A model generated the notes under the pieces. The model saw nothing but the letters and a program-made list of their open reading frames with translations. It ran no database searches and was not told the origin of the DNA. Positions 30,831-44,231 of a stretch of 64,000 nucleotides of DNA are shown piece by piece. The DNA comes from Antedon mediterranea (Eukaryota; Animalia; Echinodermata). Each line of letters starts with the position of its first letter. The first letter of the stretch is position 1. The translations under genes were made by a program, and so were the position numbers. The stretch covers positions 22,394,070-22,458,069 of the forward strand of contig NC_092671.1 of NCBI RefSeq assembly GCF_964355755.1, given 5' to 3'.

Positions 30831-32197
30831 GTTTATTGTAAAAATGTAATGTAAATACATTGTTCAAAAGTGTTCACAATTTTTTATTTTGCACAAACTT
30901 TTATTGTACAACCTCAATTGTAAATCGATGATGATGTAGAGGGTGCATTTGTAATCTCCTTACTGTTGTAAAGATAGGCTAAAACAGACATACAGGTAGG
31001 TCATTTCAATTGCTAATTTGATCAACTAAGACAATTAATGTTGATGTTGTAATTAGTAAACATATTCACAATGAATCAGCAGAAAGAAAATATGATGTTA
31101 ACAAGATTTGTATTTTTTTTAGATTTATTTTTAAAATGTATTTCATTATTCATATAATATATAATTCATTTTTTTTTTTTATTAAAAGAAAATTTTTTAA
31201 TTTAAAAATTTGTTAATATTGATAATTAAATTTTCTTTTTCCAGCATTTGTTAAATTGTAAACATATATTTTATTGTATATTATATTTATTAAAAGTAAG
31301 GAAAACATAAAGCAGTGGGTGTACCTCAAAAGCCATTGACAGTATTGGCTAGTGATATTGTTGTACCTGATTGGTAATGGTAAATGTCTATTCCACCTTT
31401 TTTTGTTTTACAATCTGCAAGCAAGTATTCTTGTGACAAAGAGATATCATGTAATGTAATACTACAATTTTTGTGGCAGTCTTTCACTAGAATAATTAAT
31501 TGTAGTCTTTTTTCATTTTGATTTAGAAAATATGTTATCTTATCTTCTTTCTCAGACATTTCTATTTCCTTCCCAAGTAACAGGGGTGGATCTTGGATTT
31601 TGATAAATAGGGGGCCGATGGGAAAATAATCATCTAGGGGGGTTTTTCTAGATGCCCGGAGATAGCATCTGAGACGTTTTTGCCAGTCGATTCTTGTCAT
31701 ATAATTATCTGAATATAGTGGGTTTTATAGACCATAGCCTATTAAATATACGAAACTGGTTTTTTTTTTCTTTTTTGTGCCAATAGCATAAAGCCTGTTC
31801 TCCTGTTAACGAAACGTTTCGACTAGTTGCGTTAAGTTGTGTCGAATTTTCAAATCATTAAAGTTGGAAAGAGCCGGACCAAGATCGTTAATGGTTTCTT
31901 GGTTCTTTCGAGCGTTGCTGGGACAGATGGATATGAAGTTGAACATCTCAAGGTAGTTTTCATTTGATATACATTTCTCTGTTTAAATGTCACATTATAA
32001 TGAGCATGAATTCATTTTGTTTTGTTTTTTGGTTTTGTTTTTTGGTTTTCTCTACAACATTACAATATTCAGGAGCATGAATTGATTGTAAATCATATTA
32101 GCTGATCATAGTCAATATCAAATACAAATGCTATATTAAAATGCTGCTATGTAACTTGGGTGTAGGTGTAGTAATGTGTCATTGTATCTTGACACAG

Positions 32198-32707
32198 GAA
32201 ACCTATTAATTGCCAAACTATGATTTGATATATTTTTGTTCTCTATTGATTGATGATATGGATATGAATCAGAAAATGTGGAGCTGAGCAGAGTTGATGA
32301 ATGAAAAGCTTCTCAAACAAATTGACAAACTGAATGAAGTGGTTGCTGTATGGAGTGTAATTGTAAGTTTCATGTTTAATATTTATATTTAATATTGAAA
32401 CTAATAAATTCCACCCATATTCATGTGATGTATGTTTTGATATACAGTACTCCTATTTCATATTTTTTTAAATTGGATATTACTGTCAGCTAATTACCTA
32501 ATTCTGGGATTTGTCTGTTATTATAAATGTTGACTATTGTTGTGTACATATTCACATACATGTGTTTTTCTGTTTATTATTTTCTTGTACTGTAGATCTG
32601 CCAGATGTTTTACGTAAACATGGCGATTGTTTAGCAGATGTGTCCACCAAACGATCGTCTGTGTTTTCCAGATCAATTGCGACAATCTCTGGCAAAAAGA
32701 ATCCTAG
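32198..32707 (+). pseudogene. Unidentified spliced pseudogene, partial copy (last two exons)
   Basis: Same exons as 41439-41604 and 41842-41953. Confidence 0.5.
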
Positions 32708-32899
32708 GTAATTCATCAAGTTCATTTTACAATTTATCTTCTGTTACAATAGGTGTTCAAAATTAATCATTTTTACGCCTTGTATATTTGTCCGGAATTA
32801 CATAGTGCAGTAAAATAGTGAAACTGAGTTTAAGGTTAGTTGCTCTATGTAATGCTGAACGAATGATCACAGCTTTCATTTGGAGTGGAGTTGTGGCTG

Positions 32900-32965
32900 G
32901 GTGGTTATGATGCTTGGTTACCAATTCAAGGGTCCTGGGTTTTCAGTCCTGTCAGATGTCAAGAT
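32900..32965 (+). mobile_element. tRNA-derived SINE head (second copy ~52715-52790)
   Basis: A-box TGGCTGGGTGG; B-box GGTTCAAGTCC is clear in the 52.7-kb copy and degenerate here. Confidence 0.6.
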
Positions 32966-33249
32966 TTTTTCTAATGACTAATTTGTTTATGTAGAGCATC
33001 TTCTGTATGTTTGTCTTTTGAATAGGATTACCACCTTTTAGAAGGATAGTGAATGAATTCGCTTATGGTTATCCTTGGCAATTTCCCTAAATACAGAAAG
33101 AATTTTATTAATTCATTCTTTTCTCAGTATAGAAGTAATTTAGAAGTTATAGTCACAACTTTAAATTGACTTTTATTAATACAACAAACTAAATATTATT
33201 GTGCTGTCAGTATTTCTTTAATTTAGAGTGTGTTGCAATTTCCACTATC

Positions 33250-33875
33250 AAAGAGTTTCTTTAGCAATATCTTAATCATCATAATCTCGTTTGCCCACTT
33301 ATGGTGCCAGACCTTCTTGTCCTCCACCCTTTTTTCGATCCCCATCTACAGTACTATACCTTGGTCCACTTCTCTTCCATTATGCTTAATACAGTGTATC
33401 CATCTCTTTCTCGGCCCCCTTTTGGTCTTCTACCCATTCCTACTCTTTCTGCTATCCATCCGATTATAGCATTCTTCTCCCTCATCTTCATATATCCATA
33501 ATATCAGAGCCTGCATTCATGAATTTTATCCCTCATTTGTCTAACTTATAGTTTCACTCTTTTGATAGCTCTCATGCGTCTCATCTCAACAGCCTCCAGT
33601 TTCTTTATCTGCCATCGAGTTTCCACCCCATGCATGCCTACTGGTCTAGTCATGTAGTCTTATACCTGGCTCTAGCTTCCTTGGCATCTCGTCATATATC
33701 ATTCACTCACCTGTTCCTTGCAGTCTTCTTCAGTTCTCTGTCCTTATGTAACCAGCTGCCTAGATACGTAACCTACTTTAGTTGATATCTATATCTATGC
33801 CTGAAGACTCACAGATTGCTGGCATATTACATCTTTTTCTTAGCCTTGCTCATCCTTCCTATCAGTTATTTGGTT
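33250..33875 (-). mobile_element. Decayed RTE-like LINE fragment (copies 42220-43300, 52975-53620; pieces at 40545-40850, 50500-50800)
   Basis: Minus strand KKLEAVEMRRMRAI and R-P-RKRW-type C-terminal motifs; pyrimidine-rich + strand. Confidence 0.6.
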
Positions 33876-34269
33876 TCTAACTACCGTTTTTGTTTATTCA
33901 GATTAAATTGGCAGGAAGGCCCCAAAATATGTTGTGAAAATGTGAACAAGGGTAACTTAAAAAATTAAATACAGTAGATGCCTATTTCTTTTCAAGGGAA
34001 CATATGGTATTCCTTGTTAATCTGTGTCCGATATGCACTAAACCAGTATTAGCTAGTGATATTGTTGTACCTGATTGGTAATGGTAAATGATTCCACCTT
34101 TTTTGTTTTACCATCTGCAAGCAAGCATTCTTGTGACAAAGGGATATCATGTAATACTACAATTTTTGTGGCAGTCTTTCACTAGTATAATTGTAGTCTT
34201 TTTTCATTTTTTTATAGCCATCTAATGGAGATCTTCTTTCCCAGGCATTTCTATTTCCTTCCCAAGTAA

Positions 34270-34755
34270 CAGGGGCGGATTTTGATAAATAGGGGGGGGG
34301 GGGCCGATATGAGAAAATAATCGTTTTTCTAGATGCCCGGAGATACAGTAGCATCTGAGGTGTTTTTGCCAGTCGATTCTTGTCATATAATTATCTGAAT
34401 ATAGTGGGTTTTATAGACCATAGCCTATTTACACATTTTTTACGCGATCGTTAATGGTTTCTTGGTTCTTTCGAGCGTTGCTGAGACAGATAGATGTGAA
34501 GTTTTTGCGAAGCCAAGGGCGGTCATGTGCGGCGGGGCCCGCGTAAAAATTGGAAAAGTTATGGGTTTTGATGCTTCAACTTCAATTTATGAAGCATTTG
34601 ATCCGTCAGTCTTTTAACGATCGTAATGTTGAAGTTGAACTCAGATTTAAACGATTTTTAATGTTCATTTGTACACCCTTTTCCTGTAAAAGCGTTGACA
34701 AAATTGTATGTAAATGGATACATAATATATATGTATATATATAAATCCGCCCCTG
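34270..34755. mobile_element. hAT-like MITE with TIR CAGGGGCGGATTT and 5-bp TSD AGTAA (partial copy 31581-31930)
   Basis: AGTAA|CAGGGGCGGATTT ... AAATCCGCCCCTG|AGTAA. Confidence 0.75.
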
Positions 34756-35059
34756 AGTAATGATATTGCTTATCAATTCCTTTCCATCTTTCCTTCAATG
34801 GAATTCAACACCTTATGCCCTCCTCTTCTCCTCCAATTCTGTATTTCTAGCCTTCATTCTTTGTACCTCCTGTAGGAAACCTTGGTTCTCCGACATAAAT
34901 CTGTCCCCTCACCCATTCATTAGTTTTTCCCTCTGTCCATCTAACTCTTAGAATCGTCCAACACGGTCTCATCTCAAATAAGACATATTAATTTGGCAGC
35001 TGTAACTGGAGATGATCATATCCGATACAGCTACTGTATAAAAACCCATCACATGTTTG

Positions 35060-36525
35060 AGAGGATGGTGGGGATATTTCTGCTTGGGCTAGTGGTTGTA
35101 AGCTATCAAATTGACCAGAATTGTAAACGACATTATTAAAGTATTTTAGTTATCTCTGGGAAGGGATGGGAGGTTGGGGTGGGGCTGTAGGGTTAGGCAA
35201 TATGACACCTATTCATTTACATAGTTTGCAAAGTACTTAAACTATGCCTTAAACAGCTATGCATCACCCTCTTATTAAGACGAAGAAGAATTAAAATGTT
35301 TGGTATCAAATGACCACAATTGTAGCTGGAAAGTTCTAAACTATATTTCAACATCATCCGCCATCTTGGATTCAAGTGGGAGAGGGGGTGGGGTAATAGG
35401 GTCAGGTGTGGGGTTGAGGGGATAGTGAGGATTTTGCTTAGGTTAAGGATAGTAGGCTATCAAACAAATTGACCAGAATTGTGGTTGAATAATGTTAAAG
35501 TATTTTAATTATCGCTGGGAAGGGGTTGGGAGTTTGGGGTGGAGATGTAGCCTATTTCCGATGACCGAAACTGTACTGGAAATGTTTTAAACTACATTTG
35601 AAAACTGCCACTGAGGGATTATGGGTTGGGAGTGATGGCTAACATAATTTGTACTGGAACCATTTTAAACACATCACCCAGTATCTGGGGTGTGTTGTGA
35701 TGGAGGAGGAAATTAAGTAGCCTATATGATTGGAATTGTACTAGGAAAATTTACTACATTTGGACTGTCCAGCAGAGGAGTTAAGGTTTGTTGATTGGGG
35801 GACCGCAGTATAAAAATTAGATATTAGATATCAGCCAATATGGCACCTATTCATTTACACAGTTAACAACGTACTATATGCCTATCATAGCTATGTATAG
35901 CCCTCTCATTTTGAAGCTAAAGTTGAATTGAATTTGTCCTGCACTGGGAAGAATTTGTTTTTAAAAAAGAGAGTGAGAGAGAGTGTATGGGTTGGGAGTA
36001 ATAACCTAAAACAATTTGTACTGGAAAAGTCTTAAACACATCACCCAGTATGGGGTGTGTTGGGAGGGGGAAAGGTGGAGATACTGGCATTTGGGGGTAA
36101 TGTAGTACGACATAATTGGAATTGTACTTGGAAAAGTTACTACATTTGAACTGTCCTACGGAGGAGTTAAGGTTTGTTGATTGAGGTGGGATGGAGAGAG
36201 GAAAAAGAAGGCTATTGAAGAGGTAATTCAGCGGTATCAAAATTAGATATTTTAATCATTACCCAATATGACACCTATTCATTTATACAGTTTGCAAAGT
36301 ATTTAAACCATGCCTATCAGCTATGTATCGCCCTCCTATTAGGAAGCTAAAGTTCTTGAAGTAATATTTGTACTGATCACCCGAGTGTTGGGTGTGATTG
36401 AGTTGGTGAGTATAGGGAGATACTTGCATCCAGGGGGTTATGAGGTGCATCTAATTAATTGGAATTTCATTGAGATGGTTTTATACTAAATTGGAATCCC
36501 GCCCTGGGGCGGGTATAATTGCTAG
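35060..36525 (+). mobile_element. Helitron-like non-autonomous element, 3' portion with diverged internal repeats
   Basis: Hairpin CCCGCCC-TG-GGGCGGG (36498-36513), then CTAG|T at 36522-36526; CACCTATTCATTTA block repeated at ~35205, 35843, 36272. Confidence 0.55.
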
Positions 36526-36529
36526 TAGT

Positions 36530-37369
36530 TAATATATGCAAGCGATCGTGGTATTTCAATAAGAATGTTCTTCTATGCCTGCATGTGCTCAATAATTTGT
36601 TTAAGAGAGCAAATATCAGGCTTATATATAATGAAATATTTTTTTTGGATTATAAGGCTTACATTTGGCTAATACCCGCCATGTACTATTTGTTATACTT
36701 TTCAATACGGAATGAGCTTATATGCCCCTTGTATCTACACTTAAAAGTATTTTCTGTCAGTCCAACATATGTTTCAACTTTGTTAAGTGTCGTTTCTTCT
36801 GACAGTGGCCTGGTATACTACACCACTTTTTAAGCATTTCCCATCTATATGCCTCTACAGTTCATGGCCGATTCTAGTTTTAAACCATATAATGTTCCGG
36901 TGTCTGTTTCTCTTCTTGTTTTCTCGCGTGTTGTTAGTTTGTAGTCGAATCAGCTTTTATTTAAGGCTTCCTGGTAAGGTTTCTTTGTGATGTTAAAGAC
37001 CTCTTCGTTAGATGTTTTTTAATATGGAAGGCAGATGGTTACTCTTACAGTGGGCATAACAGGGTTTGTTATTTTCTTTCAGGAAAGGTCTGTAGGTTCC
37101 GTCATTCAAGTTGAGTGTAACATCTAGATAGTTACTTATCTTCTTGTTTGCCTCGATGGTGATTTTCAAATTGTATTCTTTGAATGTGTTACAAGTCCAT
37201 CATCTCTGTAGAGTCCTATGTTATTACCATATTTCGTCTCAAGTTTGGCTAGTATGAATAAACCAATTAATGTGCATGTTTCTGCTCCATCAAAGTAACC
37301 CATAGTAACATCAAACACGGTCTGGGTGTTTCTTTTGCACCAAACTGACTCATCGTTAATTAATAGCAT
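36530..37369 (-). mobile_element. Penelope-like retroelement fragment (RT plus GIY-YIG), internally deleted
   Basis: [22 protein letters not shown]; [15 protein letters not shown]; TYVGLTENTFK.RY..H..SF; LLSTCRH. Confidence 0.85.
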
Positions 37370-39219
37370 TTCTCTGCTTTAAAGGAGAACCAATAAATAA
37401 ATAAAATATACAATAAAATAACTTATAAATTATTGTTTTCTCATTTAGATCTTTCAAAAAGCTGAGCGTTTGGTGTGGACAAAAATATGTATACAGGTGG
37501 CTATCCAGCAGTAACCTGTAGCCGTAGACTAATTCCTCGCGTATTTAGGCGAGATTTAGAGAAAATAGAAAAGATAATTATATATTTATATACATAAAAC
37601 AGCAATGTGAAAAATAATATTAATTACATTTATGGCGATATAAATGGCGAATGTAAAAAAAACAGTATGTTAAGGCAAAATAAAAAACATATATGTTGAC
37701 AAAACAAATTTTAATTCACGACTAATATATGACCTTAATGTTTTATTTGATTGGTGCTTAATCCTAAAAAGCCATGCATTGCAGGTCTGCTTTGCAAAAA
37801 AAAACACCATAAATACAATTTTGCTTTGATGATAAACCAATTACTATTGTTTAGACTGTATTTTTTGGTGTTACCCTTCAGAATAATCTCAGTCATAACA
37901 TTGTAGAAAACTGTTTATATTGCGAACCCTTAAACAATCTGGGCTTCACAAAACAACCGTCCACAAAGGATATATAAGAAGATGCAGATGTTGTGTGGCA
38001 CCCAGGTCTAAGTAATACTATTGAAACTATACAGAAATGGGTATGTTGTATTATCCTTGGAATTTAAACTAGTCCTAGAAATTCATTCTGCTCTTAAAGG
38101 GTTTGATAACTAAGCCTCATTCTTCTGACCTCGTACCTCCCGCTCGTTACCAAAAACATAATAGACAAAACCTAATTGTAATAAAATCACTCAATTTATA
38201 CAAAACCTGATTCTTTAATAGCCCAATTCCATATTATATTCAATTACTTAATGACTCATGAATTATATATTGTATACCTGTAGTGACTACACAGAGCAGC
38301 CACTCTTCTGATTGTTGTTGCTGTTGGCCATCTTCCAAGGATGATGCCATACGCCTCTAAGTTTACTGTTTTATGTATTTCTCCTTGATTCATTGATATT
38401 TAAATTGCAATTTTTATATTGTAATTTTTTTAATAGTAAATATTCTTATTACATTACAAGCAATTTGGCCCTTTGAGCCACCATGTGTTGTATTGTTTTA
38501 TGAAATAAAGTAACAGATACATATGTATAACAACATTGTCATTTTTATATTATTTTGAAAAATGTGTTTTGTTTAGAAAATGTAATGATATAATGCGGTA
38601 TATAGCTTGCTGTTGTTTTAGCTATTCCAAATCCACTGTAAAAATAATTACATTTAATGCAAAGACGAATGTGAAAAACAGTGCATTATGGCGAAATAAT
38701 GAAATTATATTTGAAAACTATTTGCTAACAAATTTTATAAAAATATTAATTCACGACTGCTTTAATCTCATTCTTCCCTGATCAGTGATAGTGTAGTTAA
38801 AATTACTATCACACATGTTCTAGCTATTCCAAATCCACTATAAAAATAATACCATTTATAATGCTATGTAAATGGCGAATGTAAAAAAACAGACGTTAAG
38901 GCGAAATAGAAAAATTATATTTGCTAACAAATCTTAAAAATATTAATTCACGACTGCTTTAATCTCATTCTTCCCTGATAGTGTAGTTAAAACTACTATC
39001 ACACATGTTCTAGCTATTCCAAATCTACTTTAAAAATAATAGTACCATTTATCATATCAATTTTATCGTTTTACATTTATTTTAGTGCAATTAAATTTTA
39101 ATTCAGTACAAACTGCAGTGCGCAATTTCACTGCAGACTTCGTACGCGAGCTGCAGCTGTTTACCACTTGATTTGGACGCTTCTATTATTGATAAGGTAG
39201 TCAAAAAAAAGTGTACGCA

Positions 39220-40050
39220 GCCAGCCGGCCTACTAGGGCACGAACCTGCGGGGAAATTTGATTTAGGTAGGCCTATCTGTTGTATTGTATTGTATAGCAA
39301 TATACACTTTTTATACTTAGGCCTACTAGTTTTTCTTGGAATGTGGAAGGATGTCTTCGTATCAAATTAGCTTTGGATACAAACTGTTTTTTAAGTGGTT
39401 GTAACAATCATAATTCATATATATAATTAGGTAGGCCTAGGCCTAGCTAGGCCGGGCCTAGATAGTGTAGTAGGTAGGCCATACCTCCATGCCTAGGCCT
39501 AGCTAGTAGGCCACCTAGCTAGTCCTATAGGCTAGCCTATTATAGGCCGACCTAGTTGCCTAGCTAGGCCCTAGCCTAAAAAGCCTAGGCCTAGGCTAGG
39601 CCTATGACAGATCTGTTTTCTTCTTCTTTCTTTTATGGGAATAGGTTAGGGCTAGAGGCCTAGGCCTAGTAGTATTAGTTACCTAGCTAGGCCTAGGCCT
39701 ACTAGAGGCATATGCTAGGAGGCCCTACATTGTTAGTCTGTATCAAGCTAGCCTAGGCCTAAGACTCTATATTAATTAGGCCTACTACTAGGTCTAGGCC
39801 TAGATAGCAAATTGTTTTTCAGTTGACAGCTTTCTAACTAGGAAATGTAATTTTGGTTTAAGAGTTATTTTGTTTAGGCCCAGCAGGCTAGCCTACATGT
39901 TCATCCTAGTATTAGCCTATAGGCCTACCGATACCTAATAAATACAGTACAATCTCTCCGCATGTCCTATTAAACACCAAACAAGACTATTCAGGGTTAT
40001 ATGTAACAAGTACTAGCAAACGGATATAGATATAGCCTAGGCCTATATGC
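39220..40050. repeat. TAGGCCTA-dense field (paralogue at ~48800-50010)
   Basis: Dense TAGGCCTA/TAGCCTA/TAGCTA motifs starting at the putative donor TTTAG|GTAGG at ~39266. Confidence 0.9.
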
Positions 40051-40312
40051 TTTTTATAAATCAACTTCAGTTCCAAAAAGTCAATATTTATATAGTTAAA
40101 AACAAATAATATTTAAATAACGCTAACTGTTACGCATACACATCTTATTTGATCGATTCAATATACAATATTTAATAATTTGAGATCTGTGCTGACTTGT
40201 CTGTGTTCTTGGGTGATTCTTCAGACAAGACACAAAGCCGTTGGTCACTGTCTGTACGACCTAATAATTAATAATTAATTTAACATTAGTAGAATTGTTA
40301 TTGTTTCTTCAG

Positions 40313-41953
40313 AAGAAAAAAATCTCAAAATGACCAACAGAAGACGACTGGATATGTGTTTTGAAGCTTCACATATTACAATACAAAGACCCGGATGGAC
40401 ATTTTGCTGTATTCTATTTGAAGGAAAAGGTAATCATATAATAGGCTTACTAATATTGTATGCAGTGTAGTGCAATTCAGTTTCAGCTGCATCAGTGGAA
40501 AATTCAGAATTTTAACACCAGACCATGATTTACTGGCTATTGTTAATCCGTGTTCCCTTTCTATCCTAACTGCTGTCTCTATTATAATCATTCTGAACTG
40601 GTTCTATTTGGTTTCTGCCATTATATCTTCCCTATGGGATGGAATTGGTGGCATCTACGTTGGCACCTCTCAGTAGTTTATAATACAAGATCTTAGTTTA
40701 GCTATAGCCTCATTAAAGGCATATCAATTTGTGTCTGCTGTCCACCACTTCTAATGTGTGTATAGCTTTATAGTCTTCCTTCTTAAACCATGTGATGGCA
40801 ATCATCTATTTAAGGTACACACATAGCAGCTGCAGACCTTCCTTGATATTAACAATAAATAAATTATATAATAAACTATATCAAACAATTAATATTCTAT
40901 CACTCTGTATTTATAATAATTATAGTTAGTTATAAATTGGTTATGTGACTCGTTTTTGTTTATTCAGATTTAATTGGTAGGAAGTCTTGAGGCACCAAAA
41001 TATGTTGTGAAAATGTGAACAAGGGTAACTTACAAAAAATACAGTAGATGCCTATTTCTTTTCAAGGGAGCATATGGAATTCCTTGTTAATCTGTGTCCG
41101 ATGTTCACAAGATAAGGTCATTTCAAGGTATTTTTCATTTTATATAAATTTCTCTTTTGGTAAACCAGATTTTTAAATTTCACATTAATGAGCATGAATT
41201 CATTTTGTTTTGATTTTTTTCTCTACAATATTCAGGAGAATGTTCAGAATGTTGTCGCAACTGGAAAAACCAATCCTTAATTGTATTATAGACAAGGTGT
41301 TATATTATTATATTGTAAATCATCTGATCATAGTCAATATCAAATTAGTTGTTGTGATTTAAAAACAAATGCTATGTTAAAATGCTGCTATGTAACTTGA
41401 GTGTTGGTGTAGTAATGTGTCATTGTGTCTTTACACAGGAAACCTATTAATTGCCAAACTATGATTTGATATATTTTTGTTCGCTATTGATTGATGATAT
41501 GGATATAAAATCAGAAAATGTGGAGCTGAGCAGAGTTGATGAATGAAAAGCTTCTCAATCAAATTGACAAACTGAATGAAGTGGTTGCTGTATGGAGTGT
41601 AATTGTAAGTTTCATGTTTAATATTTATATTTAATATTGAAACTAATAAATTCCACCCATATTCATGTGATGTATGTTTTGATATACAGTACTCCTATTT
41701 CATATATTTTTTTTTTAATTGGATATTACTGTCAGCAAATTACCTAATTCTGGGATTTGTCTGTTATTATAAATGTTGACTATTGTTTTGTACATATTCA
41801 CATACATGTGTTTTTCTGTTTATTATTTTCTTGTACTGTAGATCTGCCAGATGTTTTACGTAAACATGGCGATTTTTTAGCAGATGTGTCCACCAAACCA
41901 TCGTCCATGTTTTCCAGATCAATTGCGACAATCTCTGGCAAAAAGAATCCTAG
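40313..41953 (+). pseudogene. Unidentified spliced pseudogene, five exons with canonical AG/GT boundaries
   Basis: Exons 40313-40429, 40968-41024, 41236-41296, 41439-41604, 41842-41953; in-frame stops. Confidence 0.55.
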
Positions 41954-43584
41954 GTAATTCATCAATTCATTTTACAATTTATCTTCTGTTACAATAGGTG
42001 TTCAAAATTAATCATTTTTACGCCTTGTAATGAATTCGCTTATGGTTAATCTTGGCAATTTCCCTAAATACAGAAAGAATTTTATTAATTCATTCTTTTC
42101 TCAGTATAAAAGTAATTTAGAAGTTAGTCCCAAGTTTAAATTGACTTTTATTAATACAACAAACTAAATATTATTGTGCTGTCAGTATTTCTTTAATTTA
42201 TAGTGTGTTGCAATTTCCACTATCAAAGAGTTTCTTTAGCAATATCTTAATCATCATAATCTCGTTTGTCCACTTATGGTGCCAGGCCTTCTTGTCCTCC
42301 ACCTTTTTTTCGATCCCCATCTACAGTAGTATACCTAGGTCCACTTCTCTTCCATTATGCTTAATACAGTGTAACCATCTCTTTCTCGCCACCCCCTATT
42401 GGTCTTCTACCCATTCCTACTCTTTCTGCAATCCATCCGATTATAGCATTCTTCTCCCTCATCTTCATATCCCATACTATCTTAGCCTGCATTCATGAAT
42501 GTTATCCCTCATTTGTCTAACTTATAATTTCACTCCTTTCATGCATCTCATCTCAACAGCCTCCAGTTTCTTTATCTGCCATCGAGTTTCCGCCCCATGC
42601 ATGCCTACTGGTCTAGTCATATAGTCTTAACCCTGGCTCTAACTTCCTTGGTATCTCGTCATATATCACTCCTCTAACATTCTTCCTCATTTCCTGTTCC
42701 TTGCAGTCTTCTTCTTCAGTTCTCTGTTCTCATGCAACCAGCTGCCTAGATACGTAACCTACTTTAGTTGATATCTATATCTATGCCTGAAGACTCACAG
42801 ATTGCTGGCATGTTACACCTTTTTTCTTAGCCTTGCTCATCCTTCCTATCAGTTATTGGGTTTGTAACTGTTCATACAGCTCTTCACTTGCTTTCTCTTA
42901 GCGTACCTTGCAACTGACATAGCCTGCTTATATCATTCTCGTGCTTTACTGGCTGGAGTTCAAGTTATCTTCTAATCTCTTATTTCCATTTCACCCTCCT
43001 GTATTTCCTTTGTACCACCAATCATCCGTGTCCCTTTCTTTCCTAACTGCTGTCTCTATTATAATCATTCTGAACTGGTTCTATTTGGTTTCTGCCATTA
43101 TATCTTCCCCATGGGATGGAATTGGTAGCATCTACGTTGGCACCTCTCAGTAGTTTATAATACAAGATCTCATTAAAGGCATATCAATTTGTGTCTGCTG
43201 TCCACCACTTCTATATGTGTGTATAGCTTTATAGTCTTGCTTCTTAAACCATGTGTTGGCAATCATCTATTTAAGGTACACACATAGCAGCTGCAGACCT
43301 TCCTTGATATTAACAATAAATAAATTATATAATAAACTATATCAAACAATTAATATTCTATCACTCTGTATTTATAATAATTATAGTTAGTTATAAATTG
43401 GTTATGTGACTCGTTTTTTGTTTATTCAAATTAAATTGGCAGGGAGTCTTGAGGCACCAAAATATGTTGTGAAAATGTGAACAAGGGTAACTTACAAAAA
43501 ATACAGTAGATGCCTATTTCTTTTCAAGGGAGCATATGGAATTCCTTGTTAATCTGTTCCCGATGTACACAATATGAGGTCATT

Positions 43585-44231
43585 TAACTTCTGTTTTTAA
43601 CAACTGTTTTTGAAAAACTGCCCCATCAAGTTCCCATTCTATTTGGTCATTAAACTTCCTAGATTTTGTATCAGCAATAACATTTTGAATTCCAGGTATG
43701 TATTGAGCAGTGACAAATATGTCTCTGGGTATGCATCATTCCCAAATCTTTTGCCATAGCATTGCAAGCCTGTGATTTTATTCCCCCCCCCCCCCCACCC
43801 ATGTTATTTATATACACCACTGCAGTGGTATTGTCAATTTTTATCAAAACATGGCTATTTGAACTATTTACACAAAAGGCTTTTAGTGCAAACAAGGCAG
43901 CCTTCATTTCTAGATAGTTTATTTCATTTGACTTGATTTTTTTAATTTCCTTTGAATCCCATCTCCCTCCTATGTGATTAGAACCGTTTGACGCACCCCA
44001 TCCGAGGCCCGAAACATCACTAGTTAGGTTTACAGAGGGTACCCCATGATCTATTTTCTTTGTTACCGATTTAGCATTTTCAATCCACCATTTGAGATCT
44101 CTTTTAGCGGTTTGTGTGATGGCCATTTTTCTATCAAAGTGGCCCTTGTTTAGTCTCAGTGCATAGATTTTGTCTTTTTCAAGCCCACGGTAATGTAATG
44201 GTCCATATTGAAAACCCGGAAATAAAGATAA
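43585..44231 (-). mobile_element. DIRS-type (tyrosine-recombinase) retrotransposon RT-end/RNase H fragment
   Basis: DLKWW..TSDVSGLGWGA..GGRW..INYLEMKA..DNTTAVVYINNMGG..HIPGIQNVIAD. Confidence 0.9.
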
